In this document: one piece after another, positions 1 through 12,639 of the stretch
Layout of the letters: the number at the start of each line of letters is the position of its first letter
Numbering within the stretch: the stretch's first letter is position 1
Source: Ramazzottius varieornatus
Lineage: Eukaryota; Animalia; Tardigrada
Direction of reading: 5' to 3'
Length of the DNA: 64,000 nt
NCBI GenBank assembly: GCA_001949185.1
Contig: BDGG01000004.1
Location: 29,566-93,565, forward strand
Program-made: the position numbers and the translations under genes
Notes under the pieces: model-generated
The model's database searches: none
What the model saw: the letters and a program-made list of their open reading frames with translations, nothing else
Told to the model about the DNA's origin: nothing

Positions 1-2306
1 TTTGGCCAAGTTTGAAGATTTGTCTGATATCGTGGGCACGATATCATACACATGTGGTGAACGGGGAAGATCTAGCTGCCACCGAACTTGACTCTGCGAG
101 CCCCCATATCATACAATGCGTGACACCATATCAAACAAATGTTGGAACTTGACAGAAATACCTGTGAAACTGCAAAACGACTTATCGCGGCGATGGCCGC
201 CCATACAGGAAGGCGATGAAGCGGAACGCTATGAGTACCTATCACTCACTGTAGTCCTACCACGGCTTCCCCTGCAAAGTGGCGGTGCGGAATTAGGTAC
301 CGGACAAGACAAGACAAGACAATTAATTTTGGATAAACTGTGAAAGAAAACTTAATTTATCGGCCTACCATCCATGCATTCTGCTATCCACTTCCGCAAG
401 GGATGTCTTGTTCCGCCATGTGCATGAAAAAGTTGAACCATATTGTCACCCTAAAAAATAACGCACGTTCGGTCAGATGCATACGAGATCTTACGACGGT
501 TACATTTGGGAGAGTGCAAACGCCGAAAGCAACGGTTGATCGCAATGAAGTACCTTGCCAAAGGGACCTTGAGTTCGAGTAATATCGGAAAGTAGACATA
601 GCTGGTGAAATAAGAATTACCGCAACCAGCCACATCGTTTTCCATAGCCAAGTTTCCATCTTGTCGCATCGGCTACTTTTGCTCCTACTTCCTGGTCGAC
701 GCGGTCCACAAATTGTCAGGTCATCCAGTATGGGAAGTCTGCGTCCAGCAAAGCATCGAACTGGACGGAATGCTCGGGAACTGGAATAATCTGGAGCACT
801 GACGAGTTAGGATGATGTCGACTTGTGGTAGTTGCCGACTTCGTGTAGCTTTCGCATCGTTGCATGCCCAGAACGCGACATTTTTCGAATACCTTGACAT
901 CGCCTGACAGTTTAGGCTTAATAATCGTGAAATGCAACTTAACATTGCTGGTGAATTGGATTCTATTTTCTCCGCGCTTCCCATTGTCACAGAGAACATT
1001 AACTGACTCAAGGAGATAACGTTTGCATTCACAAAGGAAAGCGTGACTGGTAGCGTGAGATTTCCAATCAGGCGAAGTCTTCTGACTGGAGGCCATCTAT
1101 TACTATTTGGTAAGCAGCGTGACAGCGAGAACTCCGATCGTACTTTAGCGAAGAAGATTCGGAACCCTTCGTATGAAATGCAGTAGCGCATTATATTTTG
1201 TGCATTGCCGTTCGATGTGCTACCCGTAGAAAATGATTTCAATACATGGATGCAACCAGATTTGTCACTGAGTGGCGCACACCAACAGAGCCCAGCTCTT
1301 TTGAAAGCACCCAGTTATACCGGTTGAAATCCTGAAGTTTGTTGACTTTTATGCGAAAACCTGGATCCAAAATAGTGACAAACTGGTGTAGGCTTTCTGT
1401 TTTGAAAATTACTTTCTCGACGTCTGAGTGGCCGCTCTGTGCCTGGTTTTGAAATTTATAAACAGAACGTCCCCTCTTGAACTCTCGCCTATTCCAAAGT
1501 GGATGGATGTTTGCTGTCGCGTGCGCGACACTCTTGACCTGATCTTCCTTCTGCTTTATGCGCTAGGCGGATCGACCTGGTTTAGCTAACAGGCTGGGTC
1601 GATGACATCATGGTTGTTGTTGTCGTTTCCTCATCGTAGGAAGGAGCTTCTGTTTCCGGTTCATGTGTTGTTGACGTCGCTCGTGTTCAAACTATGACAA
1701 GCCGTCTGTTTGTCACCGTAGTCTATGTGACGGACCTCGGCTGACTTTGATTCAGAATACTATCATGCAGTTTTCGGTAACTGATGAAAGAGACGTGGCC
1801 ACAAAACCGAATCATGTGATTCGTCGTGCTTTCCTGCGGGATCATCTTCGGATCGTAGTACCCAGCGAGGACTTTCTTGCCAAGCGATCAAATCAGCTTG
1901 TTCGGAGACCGAAGCTTAATCAGCCGAGCAAGCCGACATGTGTGGAATGGGCTGCTAAAAAAAGGAAAGCTTCTTCGGAACTGGGGTGCGTGCTGGGCAA
2001 TGAGGAAAACGACAGTTTGGCACGACTTTCTTTTCCAGAACCGATCGACATGTAACTTACATAAGATTCTGCAGCATGAATATTCGAAGAGAGTTCGATC
2101 TTGTCATTGGCGTGGGCAACAACGGCTGGGTTCAACGAAAGAACCGTGTGATGTCCCTTTCGACGGGAAATCTACGCTGTTGTCCCTTTCAAACCTTACC
2201 CTAAATCCCCTTCTCCTCCGGCTCCGACCCAACGACGACGTTGACGAGACGGCATGGGTCAAGGTCGTCCGCCGAATGCATCGGGTTCGCTCCCTGCCAC
2301 GTTTTA

Positions 2307-2538
2307 CCAAACTTCTTCGCTCAATGGACGATTCTTGTCTGGCCCCGCTCTCCTCCTTTGAGTAACGTCATACGCCGAACGGCTCAGTGGCGGAGCGTGG
2401 CGTTACCCACACCTACACCGTGTTCTCCGTTGGCGCTTCGCTTACGGGTATCCGCTCTCGCCACAACGGGCTCCGAAGGGAGGAACGGTGGGATTTTACG
2501 GCCCATGTTATTTTCGTCCATTGAGCGAAGAAGTTTGG
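2307..2538. mobile_element. MITE family A, copy 1 (about 232 bp, CCAAACTTC...GAAGTTTGG termini)
   Basis: CCAAACTTCTTCGCTCAATGGACGA at 2307 is the exact reverse complement of 2514-2538. Flanks are TTTTA and TTATA. The internal sequence is shared with the copy at 46366-46595. Confidence 0.85.
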
Positions 2539-2902
2539 TTATACCACTGTAACGTCGTCACACCATTGATGGTGCGAGGACCTCAACCGGAAAAGTTGCG
2601 GCAGATTTGATGGTTGGCCACTGTCCAGTTAAGCGCATCGCGGTACGTACGCGTCATCGCACTGCGGAACGGCGCTCCGAGCAACCGAATACCGTCATAG
2701 CGCTAAGGAGGACGGAAGTGGAACGGTGTCCAGTCTGAGGACGAACGCTAACTGATGAGGCCGCCTGTTCTACGGAGCGTGCGGGCTATCGTTGCGCTAA
2801 ATCAGATGTTGTCGCACGGTTGTAAACATTGTTCTGGACTGCGCATGTAACTTCGCCCACGTAATTTTAGCGCCTTAGCAGTAGACTCCAGTGATACTGA
2901 TT

Positions 2903-3773
2903 ATGGCGACAAGTCAGGCTGTGAAGAATGTAGTGAAGGAAGGAATCTCGTTGAAGGGATCGGTGGAGTTGGTTGGAGAATATCTTTGTAAGTCACAGTA
3001 AGGAGCGCGATGTCCGAAGAGGTAACTGTTTCTCTTCTCATGCAATCCTTGTTCTTTGCAGATCACGCCTTAAACTCCATTCTGTATATGCGAGGAGTAT
3101 ATCCGGCTGACATGTTCGAAGATGTTCAGAAATACGGAATGTGTATATTCGACGCCAAAGACGAGCAGCTAAAGATATATCTCAGCAGCGTGATGAAATG
3201 GGCTTCAGGTAAGTCATCCTTTTCTCCAGATGTTTGTATTGGTACCGTACACTCGTGCACTTTATTGCAGAATGGATGATGAAGGAGGCAGTGACAGCCA
3301 TCGTGTTGGTAATTTCTGACATGGAAACGAAAGAAGTGATGGAAAGATGGCAGTTTGATATCTTCTGCGATGATCTGTCCAAGACTTCCGGCGACAAGTA
3401 AGCAATCGAGAATTCTGTTTCCTGATCTATGGCATGATCACCGTGGACCGTAGTCACCTTCTTCGTATTGTTCAGGAAGTCGAAGGATGCTGGAAAATCC
3501 AAAGGCAACGAATCGGAAATTCGTCGTCAGATCGGTTCCGTTTTGAAGCAGATCGTCGCCAGTGTATCTCTCCTTCCGGCCACCGGTCTGGATTCCGTTT
3601 GCAGTTTCAATATTCTTGTCTACACGAAGAACAATCTGGACGTCCCAGCGGACTGGCAGGAGTCCACAGCCCATATGATTCCTGACAGTCAGCAGCTCAA
3701 ATTCCGACAGATCCACACATCGGTCCATCAAGTCGACACCTGCGTTACTTACCGCAGCGCTTCCGGCCTCTAG
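2903..3773 (+). CDS. MAD2L1: Mitotic spindle checkpoint protein MAD2 (HORMA domain), 4 exons: ~2903-2987, 3062-3208, 3271-3397, 3476-3773
   Basis: Spliced translation contains GISLKGSVELVGEYL-YHALNSILYMRGVYPADMF, MERWQFDI, EIRRQIGSVLKQIVASVSLLP, CSFNILVYT, VPADWQES and HQVDTCVTY. Introns are GT-AG and in consistent phase. Confidence 0.9.
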
Positions 3774-4131
3774 AACCCTCTCAGAGATTCCGCCGTACCT
3801 TCTATGCCACTTCCCCATCATAGTTCTTCTTGTACACCCTGTCTACGCTCTCCTTTTGGTTTATAATCTTTTTTCCTCTTTATCACATTTTGTCACAGTA
3901 ATATTGACCGGGCTTGTACAGTTACTACAGTACCATTTTGATGGTAATTTATGCTTATCTTTCCCACTGATTTCTCTGCGCAGGATGAGATACCTTTCGT
4001 GTGTTTAATGACCTGAAGCGTCGATATCGATTTAGTGATAATTCTGGTTTTTTTCTCGACTGCGAATGGTGCAAAAACAAAGACGGGAACAGTCGTCTGA
4101 TTTCCATACGTCGGAATAAAACGAAAATAAT

Positions 4132-6258
4132 TTACAAAAATGTCAGCAGTTTCCTCCGTTGCTTCTTCTCAGAAATCACACTCGAAGCCAGATCACGTTC
4201 AATTTCAGCATAAGTAGGGAACACTTCTAACTTGCCCAAACAAGCGACAGATGGTTTCGACAACAGCATCTTTGTGGCGACCCTCCTCAGGTCTTCCTCC
4301 TTAACGTTGTTGATATCTTCCAACAACTGCGTTGCTGTCTTCCGATGTCCATAAGCCAGCACTTGCCTTGCTACATCTTCAAATATTACCGGTCGAGACT
4401 CTAAGTTCATCATCAGCATCGAAGAAAGTTGCTTCTTTGCTCGATCCAGTTCAACCTGCAATAAAGACTCAATCAGCCTAATGTTTTCATTATGGAACTC
4501 TTGATTGACTGGACAACCGGAAGTCATTTCCTAAACGAAGTTCTTTCGACGGTCAGTCACCACATCGTAATCCTTTTACCTTTTCTATTGGTCCCGTCAT
4601 GTTTTTGAACTCTCGTATAAGGACATCGACCATCTTGCTTGCTTGTTCGGGAGGAGAGCTAGCTTGAATACAGAAAAGCCCGGTGTCACTGTAAGAATGG
4701 TTGAAAGCTGTGGCGTTGTACATCCAATGATACACGTTCAGGACGTTGGTGTACAGTCTAGTGTACATCCCTTTGCCAGGACCACCTGCACTAAACGATC
4801 CGCCACCACCCATGAGAATGTTCAAAACACAAAATGCAATGAAATCTTCGTCGTGGTGCGAACAACTTTCAAAGCCTAACACAAAGTGCGCTAGCTCGGG
4901 TATAGGAGTTGGTCCCATAGAAATGTTCGACAGGTCTTTCTCCACACGGCGATCGCCACCGGTGTATTGTGCTGTGGAGTTGTCTGGTGTCGCCTTCGAG
5001 GCAGCTGGAAGAACTAACGAAGAGTCTTCTTCCCAGATGGCCTTGTCCGAGAAATGCTTCTCGGTGGACTTGACTAGTGCGTCGTGTTCTACGCCGACAC
5101 CGGCTACGACGATGCGGGAAGGTTGGTAGTATTGCGAGAGGAACGTGAAGAGGAGTGGACGGTCGATCTTGGCGATGTTTTCGGGCGGACATAGACGAGG
5201 AAGTCCGAGGGTGTTTTGACGGTACGCCGCTGCGTGGATCATCTCGGTCAGGATGGGCTCTTGTTCGTGACGGATATTGAGGTCTTCCAGGTCGAAACCG
5301 ATGGCTTGCCGAGCTCCTGCTAGCTGCAAGAAGACAAAAGAAATCAGTTCAAGCGAAGGAACCGTGACCAACGCGAAGTGGCAAGACTGGCTTCCTTGGA
5401 GAGAACTGTTGGGGCCAGAAAAGTTGGCTACCTAGTCTTCACGTCATGAATCACATTCACATACGTTTTACGTATGCCGACTGTTTACGTGTGGGAGACG
5501 GTGGTTTTTACTCAAGACGCCCGATTCGCAAAACTTCCTTGTTTCGATTGACTAGAGACCAACTGCCCATTGCAAACTGATGCAATCGTTTGAGATCGGT
5601 CAATCACAAATCAATCGTACGGCAACGCTAAAAGAAACTTGATTTTTCGAAATTTACCGACCGGAAGTTACCTCGCCTTCGGAGATGGTCACCCTCCTGG
5701 ACACCTCATTCAGCAGTTTCACCACTGCATCGCTTCCCTCAGTCTCTATTGAAGCTGCGTACACCGCGGAATCTCTGCTGATTTGACAATCGCAAATACC
5801 GCCGTACTTTTCCAAATACTGCATGATGGTATCACGATTGTCAAATTCCGTGGTCGACTGGAAGGCTAACTTCTCTAGAAAGTGAGAGATGCCACTTGGA
5901 TACGATACCTACGAAAACAGATATCCATTCCACCGGTTCATCGAAAGGTTAGCGTAAGAAAAGAGGGGGTTTGTACCTCGTACCGCGATCCAGAATCGAC
6001 CACTATTCCCACAGTGGCGAACTGGCCGAACTTTGGTTGCGACGCCACACGGATGCCGTTATCCAGCATGGTGACTCTAGTCTCTTGCTGAGCTTTCTCG
6101 CTGACATTTGCGAAGATGGGTGTAGGGAAACCAGGCAGCGGCTCGGATAACGGGACTTCCGTCGGCGATTTACTGCCTCCATTGAGTCCATTCGACGCCT
6201 TCGTTCCGAAGCGGCGAAACGCCGATAGCACTTTGACCGGTCGAGCTACGCGGTGCAT
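4132..6258 (-). CDS. PMPCA: Mitochondrial processing peptidase alpha subunit (M16), about 4 exons
   Basis: Basic N-terminal presequence, the alpha-type motif [12 protein letters not shown], the glycine-rich loop [20 protein letters not shown], and [32 protein letters not shown]. Confidence 0.95.
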
Positions 6259-6541
6259 CCTTCGAGAGCAGTCAGTTTGGTTGCGAATATTTATACAGCA
6301 GTAAATCAGTGATCCATAAACAGAACGAGAAGCGTGGAAGAACTATCAGCGCAAACGAGAAAAACTGAAACAAAAAATTCAGTTTCGAGAAGAGTGCGAT
6401 TGATTGAAGTTAGACGTGAATTCCTTGATTGACGAGAAGAAAAACAGCACATCGTGGTTAACCTGACAGCCTGCTACGAAAACGAATGTATACATGGTGG
6501 CGAGCAGTTAGGGACTCAAGCTGGATTAATAAAGGGACCAA

Positions 6542-7288
6542 TCACTCATTGATAACAACGTATCTGGAGCTGCTCGGGCTCGATTTCTTCTTGGTCGACT
6601 TTTTCTTCGTTTCTTTTTTTTCCTTCTTCTCCTTGCTCTTCTTCTCATCCTTCTCTGATTTCTTGCTGGCATTCTTGTTCCCCTTGGCAGCAGATCCATT
6701 CCTGGAACGAGACTTTTCCACAACTTTCTTGGAGGCAGATGCAGCCGGATGAGGGGCGATCTTCTTCTTTTTCTTCTTGTCCACCTTGGAGTCTTTGGCA
6801 GGCGAAGCAGAGCTGGTTTCGCCAGCACTAGTTTCAGGAACAGCTTCATCGTCGTCGTCGTTTGCGTTCGTGGTGCCTTTCTCCTTCTTGCGCTTCAGTC
6901 GGTACACCCAGCCGTTCGAACCTTGGAAGCCGTCGACACCCTTCTCTTCAGCAATTTCCTTGGCTTTGGCTTGAATTTCAGCCGTGGAGGCAATATGGCC
7001 GCCCGCCTTCTGAGTCTCCATCCACTCGCGCACCTCAGCTTCAACCTCAGGATACTTGGGACGATTGGTACGACGGGGCTTCTTCTCGGGCCTCTCCATC
7101 CTAAACACACTCATAAGCAACAAAGGTTTCAGAAGGAAGAGCTAGCAGGCTTACTTGACCCATCGTCGCATGGTGCTTTCTGGAATCCTGCAGAACTTGG
7201 CGAATTTCCGAAGGGACATTCCACTTTCTCGAAAGCTCAGCACCACACGCTGCATCTCCGCTTCTCCATATACAGCTTGCTTACCCAT
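6542..7288 (-). CDS. psq-type HTH plus CENP-B-type HTH DNA-binding protein with a Lys/Ser-rich disordered tail, no DDE domain; 2 exons (~7288-7155, ~7100-6542)
   Basis: Exon 1 reads MGKQAVYGEAEMQRVVLSFRESGMSLRKFAKFCRIPESTMRRWV. Exon 2 reads KYPEVEAEVREWMETQKAGGHIASTAEIQAKAKEIAEEKGVDGFQGSNGWVYRLKRK (the CENP-B HTH pattern F.xSxGW), followed by a K-rich tail. A GTAAG...TTTAG intron separates them. Confidence 0.8.
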
Positions 7289-7559
7289 TTTTCCTGGTGG
7301 AAGAAACCTATCAAGATGAGAGCCACGAAATAGGATCGGAGGATACCTTGGGGAATAACACCACTTGAAATGGGTGCATGCGCAAAGAAAGCATGGAAGC
7401 CAACTGAAAATCCGCAAAGCACGTTTTCACTCGGCGCACTCCGATTCTCGTTTTGACACAAACAGGTCAAGTGGTGACCAGAAACCACACGGCGGAACAA
7501 AACCCTATTTGTTTGCTGCAGCATGGCCGGCAGTATGGCACACAGAGTATGAAGTGTTT

Positions 7560-7730
7560 GCCAAAGATGAGTCATCACTGAATGTCTCAGCTGGGCTAAG
7601 GGTGACTTGGCGTAGCCGAATGACCGAGCCGGATCCGAACCGACCGCTAGACGGTGATTCACGGTTTGTTCCATCCATCAGACTTCAGAGACTTATGCCG
7701 CTTGTGAGTCATAAAATTTCTGACGTCATA
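7560..7730. promoter_or_regulatory. Putative divergent promoter between the HTH gene and SMS, with AP-1 and CRE-like sites
   Basis: TGAGTCA at 7568 and 7705 and TGACGTCA at 7721 lie between head-to-head genes. Function is inferred only. Confidence 0.35.
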
Positions 7731-7914
7731 CGAGAAAACTTTTCTCGTACATTTCGTACAGCAGAAAGAACCATTTTCTTCAGTCGTCGTCATCGTGCCT
7801 TCAGGCTTTGAAGAAGGTGTCATGTTTTGTATACCTTCTACCTAGATAAAAACTCTACACGTGCGTTTGTTGACTCTAATAGCAACTTTGTGTTTCAGGT
7901 AGACCGGGAGCTGA

Positions 7915-9681
7915 ATGTCGCAAGATGAGCTGAGGAGCGAGAGCGGTGATGTCGTCGAGATCATTCCAGTCAACCCTGCCTTCTCCATGTCCGATCCAGG
8001 AGAAATTCGCCCGCTCCTCCACCAGAACAATCTCACCAGCACCATCAAGACCCATACACCTCCTAACACACCGCTTTCCGGCGGCCGCAGCAGCTACCTG
8101 ACCATCCGTCAGCTCGAACAGTGCACCATCCTAGTCGAGCCAGAGAATGACGATCTCAGCGATTCCTCCGAACCTCCTGTCCACGATTTGACGCCTGTCG
8201 ATCATGGAGGCACTCTCCGATACCCTAATGAACGACTGAAGACTCTTGTAGCTTTCCTGTTCATGGCGGTGTGCATGTTCTGCTCCACAACAGCGTTGGC
8301 TATTGTTCACGATCGGGTGCCCAACACTCCGCCTCTACCCGATGTCGTCTTTGATCTCATACCTCAATGGGACCTCGGCCTTCAGATCTCTGAGTACCTC
8401 ATCATCGTCTCTTTGTGGACTACACTAATACTGTTGTTTTTCCATAGATATCGGTAAGCTCACAACGGAGACTGTCCAAACAGGCTGAGATAACGGACGA
8501 CAAGAAATTTTACCGTATTCTTGACCCCGTTTCATTCGCGCGGTCCAGATTGCCTCTTTGATGTCGCGTGTAACTGTCATGTAACTCATGTTTTGCCATG
8601 TTCCCTACTGTGCGCCGCTTTTTCGGGGTTTCCTGGTCTGAAACTTCTGTAGGCGAGTGACTCGTTAGCTCGATTCTTAAAGTGGGGACATGTTATGTTT
8701 TACAGATGGATTGTATTTCGAAGACTGTTTTTCATCGTCGGACTACTCTACCTGGGCCGGGCCGTTACAATGCTTGTGACGGCAGTCCCCGTTGCCAATA
8801 CTGACTACTATTGCTCACCAAAAGCACGTAACATCCTGCCGTATTGTTTTTTCTTAAGTATGCCAAACATCTGATTTCCGCTCTTTTCTACAGATGAATC
8901 ACACATCGCCGCTAATCATACTCGAGAGGATAGCCAAGCTGTTAAGTGGTTTGGGCTTATCCGTTAATGGCCAACATGTCTACTGCGGCGATTACATTTA
9001 CAGTGGCCACACCTGTGTCCTGCTACTGTCGGCACTCATGATGGACGAATGTAAGTGTCTCGTTTCTTAACGAAATATATTCAAGAGGAGATTCCAGCAG
9101 AGGCTTATCTCTGAAGCAGTAATGTGAAACTGCAAAAAGTAGGGGATAGCAAACAAACTGCGCCCACCTGTATATAGGGATACCCCAGTTACGATAGCCA
9201 CAGTCCGAAAGTGCTCAGGTTGCTGAAAGTACTCATATTCCGTAGTATGAAACTAGCTTTGGGATCTTCATTACAGATGCGCCGAAGAAATACTTCCTCC
9301 TGAGGATTCTCGTTTTCTTGATGGCGGCTACGGGGATCGTTATGGTCTCTGTTTCACGCGGACACTACACGGTCGATATCATCGTCGCTTACTACATAAC
9401 CACGAGAGTCTTCTGGATGTATCACGCCATGGTTTGCAACGCTGAGATGAAGGTTGGTCCGAAATTACCATCAGAATTTCATCGTCAATTTGCACTGTAA
9501 GGTTGATGCATTGTATCTCCAGAATTTTGGGCCGAATAACTACCTATCAAGAATAGGGTGGTTCCGTCTGATGAGGTACCTGGAAGTGAACGTGGCTGTT
9601 GGAAAGCTCCCCAAGCACTACACATGGCCTCTTCCGTTCCCGAAGCGGTGGCAGGATTTTAGGCTGGAGTACGACCGGTGA
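7915..9681 (+). CDS. SGMS: Sphingomyelin synthase (SMS1/2-like), about 5 coding exons
   Basis: Motifs VHDRVP..PPLPDVVFD, FFHRYR-WIVFRRLFFIVGTLYLGRAVTMLVT, YCGDYIYSGHT, RGHYTVDIIVAYYITTRVFWMYH and YTWPLP. No SAM domain is visible, and the motif variants match SMS1/2 rather than SMSr. Confidence 0.9.
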
Positions 9682-10389
9682 CGATGGAGGAAGATTCGAT
9701 GCTTTGTGGTCTTATGTGTTTTTAGAATCTTTTATCTCAGTAGTCTGGTAATAGATTACCCTTCTTCGTGTTCTAGTGAGGACTTAAAAGCGTCTTGATT
9801 GTGTCTGGCGTGCCAACCTTCATGTTCAAGTTTTTGCTCTTACAGAATCTCGTCTTTCCGGACTCGCTTCCTGGCTTTTAATATGTTGTTCAGCTCAAAA
9901 GCTCAGCTTTGAGATATAAAGTTCCTGCTTTGCCCGCAGATCGGACTGACGAAGTTCACGAAATTTCTCTGAAGGTTTCTCGATCACTCGAGGAGCTGGA
10001 CGAGTGGTGGTTGTTTCGATTTTATCCATCATGTCGTGGGAAGAAAATTATTAGAATGGAGCATTTCTCAAGCTCGCAGTTTGACCGTCTGGGACTCGAG
10101 GTGACTTCGGAGTTCGGAAAAACTTGGTTGCTGGATCACGGTCCACAGAAGTGACGTCAGGGAACTCGACAGACGGCAATCATGGGTCTTCAATCAACTC
10201 GTCCAAGCGCCAAGCGGAAATAAAGCGAATAATTTCCTGACTTTTCATTCATTTTGTTTGCGTTTTCCAGTTTTCGTGTTTCGCAAAGAAGTCTTTTCGA
10301 CCAGCCTTTGCCCTGCTTATTCGGAGCTCCTCATCCGTGGAATGTCGGAAGGTTGACTATTGGACGAAGTCACATAGAAGCTGTGGACG

Positions 10390-11702
10390 ATGGCTGGGAA
10401 CTTCTGGCTAAGCTCACACTGGTAGGAAACATCTGCAGCACCACAATAACCATGCTTCAATGTCCAGTCCGCTGTGCGTTTCTTTTGCAGTCAACAATGG
10501 CTGTTCGATCGACAGGATCTACAACGAGATAGACAGATTGACTATGCCGTGTTGACCGAAGACGAATACCAAAAAATCTTGATTTTCTACGCTGGAGGTG
10601 AGCTGATCTTGACATTAGAGGATTGTTCGTCTATCCCCAGCTTTGTTCGCTTCTTCCCGTCGTAGTTATTCAAGCTATTGGGGAACAGTTGAAGATCAAA
10701 CAGCAAGTAGTAGCCACTGCCACCGTTTACTTCCGACGATTTTACACAAGGTACGAGCAAGTTATGTGTCCGCACTCCGCAGTCTGGATGATTTCGTCTG
10801 CAACTGTTTCTTCACAGAAATTCGCTGAAGTCGATCGATCCGTTACTTCTCGCTCCTACCTGCCTCTACCTGGCTTCCAAAGTCGAGGTATTTGTCAAGC
10901 GACTTCTGCACTTGTTTCTTCTCATCGCCTGCGTTTGTTTGAATCGTTCGTGTTTCCAGGAATTTGGAGTGATTAGCAATTCCCGTTTCAGCACAGTATG
11001 TCAGAATATAGGTAAAGCCAATCAAGGCTCAAACAGGCTGAACAATCAATTCGATCCTGTAGTGACGTCACTGCTGCTTGCATTCGAATTTACAGTGAAG
11101 AACAAGTACGGCTTCGCCTTCCAGCAAGAATTCCCCTACAAGATCAATAACATCTTTGAGTGCGAGTTCTACCTGCTGGAAATGATGGATTGCTGTCTGA
11201 TCGTCTTTCATCCATACCGCCCACTTGTCCAGTACTGCCAGGACTTGGGCGCTAGCCTGGACAAGAAGGAACCTGCGCAGATGGACGCCATTCTGCAGAT
11301 GGCTTGGAAGACCGTCAACGATACTCTTCGGACGGATCTCAGCCTGCTGTACCCACCTTATCTCATCGCTCTCGGTACGACAAACCTTTCGTCATTAAAA
11401 ATGAATTACTGAAAACATATTTTCTGTGTTTTTTTTTTCAGCATGTCTTCAAATTGCCTGTCTTACTTTGCAAAAGGACTTCAAACAATGGTTTGCTGAA
11501 TTGAATATCGATCTGGAAAAGGTTTGTTCTTATTACACGAACACCAGTTTCTTGGGGAAACAACACATGGGTTTTTATGCAGATGATGGAAATCGTCAAA
11601 GTCATACTGAACCTGTACGATTCATGGAAAACTTTCGACGAGAGGAAAGAAATCCCCGCCCTTCTGGCGAAGATCCCCAAACCCAAAAGCCCACCAAGAT
11701 AA
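10390..11702 (+). CDS. CCNC: Cyclin C (Mediator CDK8 module), about 8 exons
   Basis: Motifs MAGNFWLSSH, VIQAIGEQLKIKQQVVATATVYFRRFY, SLKSIDPLLLAPTCLYLASKVEEFG, ECEFYLLEMMDCCLIVFHPYRPL, NDTLRTDLSLLYPPYLIAL and the C-terminus KIPKPKSPPR*. Confidence 0.95.
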
Positions 11703-12639
11703 AACAGAAAATAACTACTTCAGGCTAAAACATACAAAAGTTAATTCATGTAAAAAATTTCATTTATCCAACGAGTTGTCGATTCCAGGGAGAACAGGAC
11801 ACTCAGCAGAGATCAGCTGATTCCGACAGACTTCAGCTTGGAACTCCATTTATTTGTACATAGAGTATTCTACAATCCTGTTTTGAAATCTTTCACGGCA
11901 TGTGGGTCGACATTGTTGAGCATCTTCCCGAGTAGATGGATACGTTTGTTGTCGACAGTCTCCGCGTCGGCCGGTTGTTGTTGAACAGTGTTCATAATCA
12001 AGGCGCGAGCCAGCGTCTCGATTGGCGTCGTCATCAGAGTGGGAGCTACCCAAGCCACCGGTGTTAAAAGAAAACGCGCTACTGCTTCTGATAGCCGAAA
12101 CTGTTCGCGTTTCACCAGCAGCATCCTGTGAAAATCGAAAAAACTCCACAAATCTGTTTTGACAGAGTAAGTGTCTTTTTACCCAGGTCGGTAAACGCTG
12201 GATCGCTCAAAGCCCATTTCCGAGATTTCTCGGTCGGTTCGGCCCTGAAGAAAACCAGCGAGCAATGAAAATCCGCGCTGAAAACTATCAACATCTTTGT
12301 CCATCAAACCTTCGTAGAGAAGTAGAGAAAAGGGCTATCCTCGTTGGCTAGTCCAGAAGAAACCAGATGGAGGTGCTAGAGTCCGCCCTCCTTGGCGAGC
12401 TTTGCGGCTCCAACCACGTAATCATGTTCCACTTTGACGAATCCTTCCTAGACATACGAGAAAGGTGTTTTGAGACCAAGAATTCCTCATCAGCAATGAA
12501 AGATGGGTACAACCGGTCCAACAACAAACAATAGCCAGGAACCGGAAGTGAAATATTGTCATGTCATACAGTCGGATATGACAATGATGACATGGCAATC
12601 GACAATGGCGAGCCGGACCGTGTACGTCCGTCCGCGATA

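Noticed and set aside
1-2050. Overlapping minus-strand ORFs (384-659, 716-1242) with protein-like stretches
   Set aside because: No recognisable domain or consistent splice model; possibly a decayed gene or TE, but I cannot support a call.
6749-7333. 194-aa plus-strand ORF and other antisense ORFs over the HTH gene, VAChT, GPCRs and TANGO2
   Set aside because: These are shadow frames of real genes on the opposite strand.
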